Source: a virus
Lineage: Duplodnaviria; Caudoviricetes
Length of the DNA: 64,000 nucleotides
Virus record (IMG/VR): IMGVR_UViG_3300028591_000128
Span: 32,001-96,000 of that record
Reading direction: 5' to 3' (one strand)
Of this stretch, positions 1 through 6,656 are shown piece by piece (the first letter of the stretch is position 1; the number at the start of each line of letters is the position of its first letter). The translations under genes were made by a program, and so were the position numbers. The notes under the pieces are model-generated. The model was not told the DNA's origin and did not search any database. It was given only the letters and a program-made list of their open reading frames with translations.

Positions 1-57
1 TTAGAAGTGGTGGTATTCTGCCGAAAATTGGATAAAGTGTAGCACACTCTGTTTTCT

Positions 58-799
58 TTTTGATACCTATGTAATTCCATACCTAAACAAAACATTATTC
101 CAAGCCAATTAAATCATCCTCTCATTTGACACCTATGTAATTTAATCATCAATCAAAACTTCTGATAAATATGCAGTTGGTGGTCATGATTTGATACCTG
201 TGTAATTTCATAGTTTATCAAAACTATAACGTATTACCATTGAGTTTGACTATGTTTGATACCTATATAACTTTGCAGTCTGTCAAAACCGGTATCTTAC
301 CTAAGCCGTTTTCCACAGGTTTGATGCCTATGTAAACTCACAGTCTAACAAAACCAAGATGTTCCTGTCGATGCCATCAAGGAAGTTTGACATCAGTGTA
401 ATTTCATAGCCCAACAAAACTGATAAGCAAATAAGACGAAAATGCCGCTCAGAGTTTGACACCTATGTAATTTCACAGTCCAACAAAATCCTCAGACAAA
501 TACCTGTTCGACACCTGTGTAATTTCATCGTCTACCAAAACTCCACAATGATTGACTTGAAATACCCCTTCGTTTGACACCTGTGTAACTTCATGGTTCA
601 ACAAACCGAACCGCTATCCAAATTACGCTTAGTTTGACACCCGTGTAATTTCACAGTTCATCAAAACAACATATGCATGGGAAATGGAGCCGCCAACGTT
701 TGACACCTGTGTAATTTCACAGTTCAACAAAACGAATATGCGCTGGAACAGTTCTATCAGAAAGTTTGACACCCGTGTAATTTCACAGTCCAACAAAAC
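58..799 (-). CRISPR. CRISPR array: 12 repeats of 36 nt (minus-strand consensus GTTTTGTTGAACTGTGAAATTACACAGGTGTCAAAC) and 11 spacers
   Basis: Repeats read at 58-93, 124-159, 189-224, 254-289, 319-354, 385-420, 454-489, 506-541, 572-607, 632-667, 698-733, 764-799. Spacers are 30,29,29,29,30,33,16,30,24,30,30 nt and unique. Repeats degenerate progressively toward low coordinates, which places the leader at the 800 end. Confidence 0.95.
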
Positions 800-806
800 C
801 TCAAAT
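800..806 (-). promoter_or_regulatory. ATTTGAG leader-repeat junction (type II-A leader-anchoring-like motif)
   Basis: Plus strand ctcaaat abuts repeat 764-799, so the minus strand reads ATTTGAG|GTTTTG. This is the junction known from S. thermophilus CRISPR1-type II-A arrays. Confidence 0.7.
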
Positions 807-818
807 CACACGTATTCA

Positions 819-908
819 GTTTTGACAGAGCATATTTACAAAGGCTTGGTGAGTGTGTTATAGATTGGATGTTCAATCATACCTCACCTTAAGGCCGTCA
901 AATCGGCC
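819..908 (-). ncRNA. Scaffold A: putative tracrRNA for the array (hairpin with AUUUGA loop, GGUGAG/CUCACC stem, anti-repeat)
   Basis: Minus strand reads GGCCG-ATTTGA-CGGCC ... GGTGAG ... CTCACC ... TGTAAATATGCTCTGTCAAAAC. The last part (819-840) is complementary to the repeat 5' part (GTTTTG...TTACA), and the loop is complementary to the repeat 3' end TCAAA. Confidence 0.7.
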
Positions 909-976
909 CTGTATATTAAATTTTATATTTGAATTTAACAGATTCTTCTGATTTTCATACACCTCCAGGGCCAGTG

Positions 977-1007
977 GTTTGATGCTTATGCTATCCATAG
1001 TTTCAAC
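977..1007 (-). repeat. Solitary degenerate CRISPR repeat
   Basis: gtttgatgcttatgctatccatagtttcaac aligns with the array repeat gtttgacacctgtgtaatttcacagttcaac. Confidence 0.5.
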
Positions 1008-1123
1008 ATTTGACACCTATGCAATCATGATAGTTGAATCATGTAGGATTGCAAGAGCTTAGTGAGTGTGTTACAGACAATGCTGAGACCATCCTGCCTC
1101 ACTTTACGGCTGTCAAATCAGCC
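1008..1123 (-). ncRNA. Scaffold B: second copy, fused in cis to a repeat half (single-guide-like)
   Basis: GGCTG-ATTTGA-CAGCC hairpin and AGTGAG/CTCACT stem, then a TGCAATC..CATGAT / ATCATG-ATTGCA hairpin running into TAGGTGTCAAAT (repeat 3' end). Confidence 0.65.
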
Positions 1124-1147
1124 GGTTAGTATAATAACAATTCTGCC

Positions 1148-1186
1148 GCTTGATATCTATGTAATTATCTGTATTCCATCAATAAC
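1148..1186 (-). repeat. Solitary degenerate CRISPR repeat
   Basis: gcttgatatctatgtaattatctgtattccatcaataac retains ttgaY..ctatgtaatt and the terminal aa.aac of the array repeat. Confidence 0.5.
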
Positions 1187-1274
1187 TTTGATATCTACTT
1201 AGACATAGACTCGGTGAGTGCGTTATAAGCAAGAAAAATCTGCTATGCAACACCATAAGGCTGTCAAATCAACC
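1187..1274 (-). ncRNA. Scaffold C: third copy, overlapping the stop codon of the Cas12f-like gene (omega-RNA-like position)
   Basis: GGTTG-ATTTGA-CAGCC pairs only on the minus strand, through a G:U pair. It is followed by a GGTG..CACC stem and a short ATGTCTA/TAGATAT hairpin ending in TCAAA. Confidence 0.6.
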
Positions 1275-2603
1275 AATTACCGTCATATTTTTAGCCTTAT
1301 TATAGGCATGACTTATCGTTTTACCGCAATGAGGACAAGTGAATGATACTTCCTGTGTCCACTCGAATACCTTCGGAATGACTTCTTCTGTACAGAATAC
1401 TTCTCCACATGAACTACATACATTCCGGACTGTCCGAAGAACATCAGTCTTTTTATCTGTCTTATCAGCCATCTTACTTGTGGTTACAACAATACCCTCA
1501 CGTTCTGCCTTATAGGTAATGAACTGCACCAACTGATAATAAGACCAATTCCGGAGCAATACCGGGTAATCATCAAGATCAGACTTCGTTACGTCTTCTA
1601 CAACGATAGCTGATACTTTATTCTCCTTTGCAAACTCTACAACCATTTTACTAAGATTATGGTTATATGTCTGCACATAATTCTTCTCGTAAGATTTATG
1701 TGTTTCAAGTTTTGCCAACTTCTTTCCACGACCATGCCCACCATTGGAATACTTTAAAGCTCTCTGAAGATTCTCAAAGTGGATCTGAATGTCCTTGCGT
1801 TTTGCTACAAGATCATTCTTTATTGATCCACCAATCTCATGTTCATCATCATCTGTAGAAAGTGCGGCAACAAGACATTTATCATATCCAAGAGCAAGTC
1901 CCATGATCTTACCATGTTCAGGTATATATTCTTCTGCATCCTTCTCAATCTTAACGGAAAGATTTAAAATTATCTTACCTTTGTTCGTGATTTGAATCGT
2001 GCTACCACAAACCTTATAATGTTCTGGATCGGTTACAATAGATTCCAAAAGTGATGGAAGGAACTTATCCGGACTCTTATTCTTACCTGCACCAAGATAC
2101 AGCTTGAAATGGATTCCGTTTACAAACTTAAAGAAATAGGCATTTACTGTCTTTTCCGTTCCATCATCTGTAGTGTATGTATCATCACCAGTATAAATAG
2201 TAATGAATCTGCTTGGAACCATAAGTGGGAAATCTCTTTTGTAAAATGGTAGATTCCGCTCACCCTTTGCAAGTCCATTCCTCAATGCTATGGAGAAATC
2301 CTGCTTTACTTTCATACCACAGTTACCAGCCATACCCAAACCCTTTGCCTGTTTCATATCATATATGGCGGTATTTGTGTTCCGGAAGATCATCTTCATC
2401 TCTTCCTTGAAGTTCGGATCGTTGAAATTCTTATCATACTTATAATACAGGCATCCAACCTGTGACATATAAGTATTCAAGATACAATACTGATTGTAGA
2501 TCCCATCACGAAGGTACTGATATACCCTATCCCGTTCTTCTTTATCACCTACCGGGAATAACTGAATCTTCTTCGTTGTGATTGTAGTTGTTTTCTTCTG
2601 CAT
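1269..2603 (-). CDS. cas12f: Cas12f/TnpB-family RNA-guided protein, predicted nuclease-dead (444 aa)
   Basis: Cas12f1-like motifs GGHGRGKKL, YNHNLSKMVVEFA, IVVEDV, RNWSYYQL..YKAEREGI and a CxxC...CxxC zinc finger. RuvC-I reads MGLALG (A237 in place of D) and RuvC-III reads SHAYNKAKN (A433 in place of D). E336 is retained. The gene is adjacent to the CRISPR array. Confidence 0.85.
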   Translation of the reverse strand: MQKKTTTITTKKIQLFPVGDKEERDRVYQYLRDGIYNQYCILNTYMSQVGCLYYKYDKNFNDPNFKEEMKMIFRNTNTAIYDMKQAKGLGMAGNCGMKVKQDFSIALRNGLAKGERNLPFYKRDFPLMVPSRFITIYTGDDTYTTDDGTEKTVNAYFFKFVNGIHFKLYLGAGKNKSPDKFLPSLLESIVTDPEHYKVCGSTIQITNKGKIILNLSVKIEKDAEEYIPEHGKIMGLALGYDKCLVAALSTDDDEHEIGGSIKNDLVAKRKDIQIHFENLQRALKYSNGGHGRGKKLAKLETHKSYEKNYVQTYNHNLSKMVVEFAKENKVSAIVVEDVTKSDLDDYPVLLRNWSYYQLVQFITYKAEREGIVVTTSKMADKTDKKTDVLRTVRNVCSSCGEVFCTEEVIPKVFEWTQEVSFTCPHCGKTISHAYNKAKNMTVIG

Positions 2604-2673
2604 ACTCGTGTACTCCTTGTACTATTGATATTTTGTATGTTTTTGGTATTCTACATCCTATAACGATTTCAAC

Positions 2674-2835
2674 TTAAAAATCTAACATACCGAATTTACG
2701 AAACCCCTTCTTCCAAGCAACACGTTCTTTCTTATGGTACATCATATCCCGTTTCATTCGAAATACTGGACCTTTCTCACCACCACAGTCAAGATATGTA
2801 CGCTTGCACTTATTCTTCTTATTCTGACTTGCCAT
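2674..2835 (-). CDS. Small basic protein, 53 aa (MASQNKKNKCKRTYLDCGGEKGPVFRMKRD...), not in ORF track
   Basis: Translated by hand. It has an AGGAGG RBS and a consensus promoter directly upstream. Confidence 0.6.
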   Translation of the reverse strand: MASQNKKNKCKRTYLDCGGEKGPVFRMKRDMMYHKKERVAWKKGFRKFGMLDF

Positions 2836-2883
2836 GACAACAACCTCCTTTTGGATACTTAATATTTGTTCATTACAAGTATA

Positions 2884-2912
2884 AGTATATACTAATATTT
2901 ATAGAAAGTCAA
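2884..2912 (-). promoter_or_regulatory. Sigma-A type early promoter TTGACT-N17-TATACT
   Basis: -35 at 2907-2912 and -10 at 2884-2889. It is part of a ~95-bp cassette also found at ~10272-10368. Confidence 0.75.
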
Positions 2913-2961
2913 TACCAAAAATGAAAATATTTTCTACAAAAAATCTTTCACAGATGACATT

Positions 2962-3624
2962 CTAGTCAATTGAAATCTTAGCAAACTTATCTATATCCTT
3001 TTGTGTATCTATATCACAAGTATAGTCATTGATTACTGTATAGTTTGTGTAATCTATCTTGTTAATAGGTGTTCCCTTAACTACCTGCCAGAACTCCCAA
3101 GCTATTGGTGCTCTTCTGAATTTCTTTTGATCTGCAAGTTTCCTACATTCTTCTTGTACTTTTTTCAAATGATTTGTATTTACAACTTTGAAAGCAAATG
3201 GTTCTGCGTAAGGTTTGATATATTCTTTTGAGAATGGTGGAGCAGATGCGAAGAATTCGATATCATCTGTAGATGTGTTCACGATAATATTGATCGCGTT
3301 TTGCGAGAACACAACATCCCCCATAAGGTAGCAAGCAGGCTCACCGATTGGGTAAAAGGCATCGCACCAATACCCGGAAGAATGTCCTGGCCGGTGTACT
3401 ACCCAATTATTGTTATTCATCCATAGATAATTTACATCTATATCATGACAATGTACCTTTATAGATTCGACATTTGTTGATACATAAATATCCTCATGCG
3501 GAATACCGGATTTTTCTAATAATCTTGCGGTCCGCTGTATAAGGGTTTCACCATTGATCCTAACCAACTGCCTTGGCAATTCCCAATGTTCATACTTACC
3601 ACCTGCCATAATAATGTAAATCAT
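2962..3624 (-). CDS. Nucleotidyltransferase-like protein (NTP_transferase/LicC/MobA fold)
   Basis: N-terminal IIMAGG...PRQLVRINGETLIQRT, internal YLMGDVVF, C-terminal DIDT. Confidence 0.65.
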   Translation of the reverse strand: MIYIIMAGGKYEHWELPRQLVRINGETLIQRTARLLEKSGIPHEDIYVSTNVESIKVHCHDIDVNYLWMNNNNWVVHRPGHSSGYWCDAFYPIGEPACYLMGDVVFSQNAINIIVNTSTDDIEFFASAPPFSKEYIKPYAEPFAFKVVNTNHLKKVQEECRKLADQKKFRRAPIAWEFWQVVKGTPINKIDYTNYTVINDYTCDIDTQKDIDKFAKISID

Positions 3625-3776
3625 AGTATCTCCATTAAAATATTATATAACATAGTCCTGACATTATGATATACTCATCAAGATTCTTATAAGTCAGAAC
3701 AGTGTAATCAAACTTCCATGTTTTCATACAAAGTTTTAAGTAGTCAAGCATCTGTCCTCCACAAAATATAAATATG

Positions 3777-4442
3777 CTATTCATATTTATCCCAATCTAT
3801 GTGTCCATATGCAACCTTTCTAATTATTTGACCACCTTTACGCAACGGTCTAAGATAATGGAATTCATCTGTATCAACTTCCATGTTAGGAAATACGTTG
3901 TGTTTTATAAGTTCTTCTGGAAGGATGATAGCATGATTTCCAAGTGCTTTATTAAAATAAGTTTCTAATTTACCACTAATTTCAGCCCATCCGATTCTAT
4001 TCATAAATTTTATGTGCTGAATCAATGCAGAATTAGCTTTTGTTCTAACGGTAATATTTTCTTCTCTAGAAGATGTATCAGATGCAACTTTTCGTCTAGC
4101 TATACCTACAAGTTTCATACCATGATTTTTACGATAAACTGATACAACATATACTCGATCTATGTCAAGATCGGAATCAGAACTAGGTTGTGGACCATCA
4201 TAAGTAATATACCATAGATAAGAATCATTGATAAATCTATCCATATCCTTAAATGATCTAAACCCACCAAGTTCATCATAGGCTTCATCAATAAATGCAA
4301 ATAACTCATCACTAAATTTGCGTTTACTCTCTACATCAGAAATAAATCGTTTAGACGCAAGAATAACATCTACATCATGTAATTCAAATGTTGTGAATCT
4401 GTCAGTTTCTATAGCACTATGTATGTATAATTTCATAATCAT
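3777..4442 (-). CDS. Hypothetical phage protein (221 aa)
   Basis: Long ORF coupled to the upstream HTH gene by a 4-nt overlap. Confidence 0.7.
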   Translation of the reverse strand: MIMKLYIHSAIETDRFTTFELHDVDVILASKRFISDVESKRKFSDELFAFIDEAYDELGGFRSFKDMDRFINDSYLWYITYDGPQPSSDSDLDIDRVYVVSVYRKNHGMKLVGIARRKVASDTSSREENITVRTKANSALIQHIKFMNRIGWAEISGKLETYFNKALGNHAIILPEELIKHNVFPNMEVDTDEFHYLRPLRKGGQIIRKVAYGHIDWDKYE

Positions 4443-4627
4443 ATCTCCAAATCAAAATCTATCTTCACTAATCTATTCAGCAGATATAGATAACTATCCG
4501 GTGTTCTCTGTCTACCTTGTTCCCAATTCTGTAATTGTTGTACTCCAAGATAGTATTTTGCTGCGAACTTTGTCTGTGATAATCCAGTAAGTTTTCGTAG
4601 TTCCTTCACAGGAATAAGATTCTCCAT
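4439..4627 (-). CDS. XRE/Cro-like helix-turn-helix regulator
   Basis: KELRKLTGLSQTKFAAKY...LQNWEQGRQ.P is a classic HTH_3 pattern. Confidence 0.85.
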   Translation of the reverse strand: MENLIPVKELRKLTGLSQTKFAAKYYLGVQQLQNWEQGRQRTPDSYLYLLNRLVKIDFDLEI

Positions 4628-4687
4628 TATCCCACCACCTTTCTAATTATATGTTATACTATAATTTCGTATTTGTCAAGCATAAAA

Positions 4688-4718
4688 ATAAGACCCTTAG
4701 AGTATTCCAAGGGTCTTA
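4688..4718 (-). terminator. Intrinsic terminator
   Basis: taagaccctt...aagggtctta inverted repeat followed by a T-run on the minus strand. Confidence 0.65.
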
Positions 4719-4726
4719 CTGATATT

Positions 4727-6094
4727 TTATTCAAATCTTGCAAGTGTATATGCAAGTTCTGTTTCAAATGAATCCTTAGCTGCCAATAAGCATTGCTGAA
4801 TTGTGCCATCAAAGTTGCAATAATACAAATCAATAGTACATATGATGGTTGCAATATCTTCCCTAAGTACATCAAGTACAGATTCTACATTATCTCTATC
4901 AACAGCATCTGCAAGTTTCATTGGATGTGGTGCATATCCGAATAACTTATAATGTTCGACAGATAGTTGATCAATAAGACCATTAGACATCCACATATAA
5001 GAATCTGCAATCGTCTTTATACTTGTGTAATTAGGACCAGTTACATTCCAAGATGCCCACAGGCAATCTAATGACAAGTTGTATAATGTACGGAGAATGT
5101 CATCTATACATGTATCCATACTGACTTCAAAGTAATCACAGGGAACTATGTCATAGTTATCCCCATCCATTTCTACAGAATATGATGCAGGTTCATTCTC
5201 TGGAAGAGAATCTACAAAATCCGGATTTTCTACTATATTGGATACTAACTCAGTGGTATCTGTAACATTACAAGGTGAATCTATAGCAACCAACTGAATA
5301 TCCATCATATCATTTGCTACTACTTTTTGTAATGTAACTTTTATATTAGTAGACAACTGTATAGGTTGTGTATCTTCCACAGTTTCATCAACACCTAATT
5401 TCTCAAACAGCTTCACCATCTCATCATCTATGGTATCATTAACAGTTTTTTTAACTAACTTCGCAAACTCTTCATTTGTTAATTCAGAAACATCTATATC
5501 TTCACTCAAACTTAACTTTACAGCCTTATCAACAACTGCCTTTGAGTTATCATCTTCTTTTCTTCTCAATGCACAATCAATGATTGCGTAATCATCAGAA
5601 CATCCTACAAGTTTTATACCAAATATATATGGGTAGTTACCTTTTTTCTTTTGATCTTCAGTATAATCTCCGGCTGTTAATACTTCCATATAATCCCAAC
5701 CGCTATCAAACTTAACTTCTTTGCCATCTTTTCCATTAGTACGTATCTTCTCAACAGTATCCTCTGTAAGAACCTTGTCAAAAGTCTTATTGAGGGATTT
5801 AAGAAATGTATCAAACAACTTAGCACCTGTATTTAAAATAGTAGAAACTAATCCAGCTTCTACAGATTCTTTACCATCAGTAGATTCTGAATCATAAATA
5901 TAGTCTTCAGGATAATTCTCCCGCATGTAGTTGGATTCGTATTCATCATCCTGCCATGCAAAATTAATCCGTTCTTTCAAATTCTGATAAGTTTCATGAT
6001 CAAATTCATCCCAAGTGGATTCATCAGGATGTTGTTTCAACCAATCTTCTAATTCTTTTTCCAATTTATATGGATCTTCATACTGTCTATACAT
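4727..6094 (-). CDS. Acidic modular protein: N-terminal MYRQYEDP module and C-terminal degenerate Dps/ferritin-like domain
   Basis: The N-terminus is shared with 56577..57152, which suggests a start at 6094. C-terminal LY...WASWNVTGPNY..I....D.Y......ID resembles Dps HWNVxGxxF without the histidines. Confidence 0.6.
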   Translation of the reverse strand: MYRQYEDPYKLEKELEDWLKQHPDESTWDEFDHETYQNLKERINFAWQDDEYESNYMRENYPEDYIYDSESTDGKESVEAGLVSTILNTGAKLFDTFLKSLNKTFDKVLTEDTVEKIRTNGKDGKEVKFDSGWDYMEVLTAGDYTEDQKKKGNYPYIFGIKLVGCSDDYAIIDCALRRKEDDNSKAVVDKAVKLSLSEDIDVSELTNEEFAKLVKKTVNDTIDDEMVKLFEKLGVDETVEDTQPIQLSTNIKVTLQKVVANDMMDIQLVAIDSPCNVTDTTELVSNIVENPDFVDSLPENEPASYSVEMDGDNYDIVPCDYFEVSMDTCIDDILRTLYNLSLDCLWASWNVTGPNYTSIKTIADSYMWMSNGLIDQLSVEHYKLFGYAPHPMKLADAVDRDNVESVLDVLREDIATIICTIDLYYCNFDGTIQQCLLAAKDSFETELAYTLARFE

Positions 6095-6194
6095 GGCAAA
6101 ATTTCCTTTCAACTTACAATGGAAAAGACCTCCGGATGAAATCTATTCACCCAAAGGTCCCATCCTCTACCAATTATCCAATCTAAATGATTGA

Positions 6195-6632
6195 TTACTG
6201 TGTTTTCTTAGACTTCGGAACTACACGAATAGACTTAGAAGCCTTTACAGGTTTTGTAGCCACAGACTTACGTGATGCGGAAACAGGACGACGAGCCGGC
6301 ATAGGACGACGAGATGCGGAAACAGGACGAGCCATAGGTCTGCGAGCACCCATAGGTCTGCGAGATGCAGAAACAGCTTTCTTACCACGGAATGCTCTAC
6401 GAGAAGATTCCAGGATTTCTTCATCACCTTCAGCGGATACAGTGTACTCTTCTACAGTCTCACCTTCGCCTACTACGAATGTTACATCGTCACCTTCAGC
6501 AGTAACTTCTACAGTTTCACCAGTAACCTCTGCTACAAGTTCTGCTACATCCTGGGCTTCAAACAGCAGTTCAGATGCCTCCGGTGCTACTTCAATCTCT
6601 TCATCAGCCATAATTCTACGATTCTTAAGCAT
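6195..6632 (-). CDS. Acidic-N/basic-C protein with VSASRRPM repeats; candidate internal head or DNA-condensing protein
   Basis: Glu-rich first half and Arg/Lys-rich repetitive tail. Located in the head gene cluster. Confidence 0.65.
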   Translation of the reverse strand: MLKNRRIMADEEIEVAPEASELLFEAQDVAELVAEVTGETVEVTAEGDDVTFVVGEGETVEEYTVSAEGDEEILESSRRAFRGKKAVSASRRPMGARRPMARPVSASRRPMPARRPVSASRKSVATKPVKASKSIRVVPKSKKTQ

Positions 6633-6656
6633 AGGTTGTATCTCCTTTTCATAAAA

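Noticed and set aside
58-908. Orphan type II (Cas9) mini-array with a Cas9 tracrRNA
   Set aside because: Not fully excluded, since AAGGCT follows the plus-strand copy at 819-840. However, G:U pairing supports minus-strand scaffolds, the structured part lies 5' of the anti-repeat (type V layout), and a homologous scaffold overlaps the cas12f stop codon.
1269-2603. Active IS200/IS605 or IS607 transposon TnpB
   Set aside because: There is no tnpA or serine recombinase next to it and no evident element ends. The catalytic Asp residues are absent and a CRISPR array is attached.
6187-6654. 155-aa plus-strand ORF with repeats
   Set aside because: Antisense shadow of the repetitive 6195..6632 gene.
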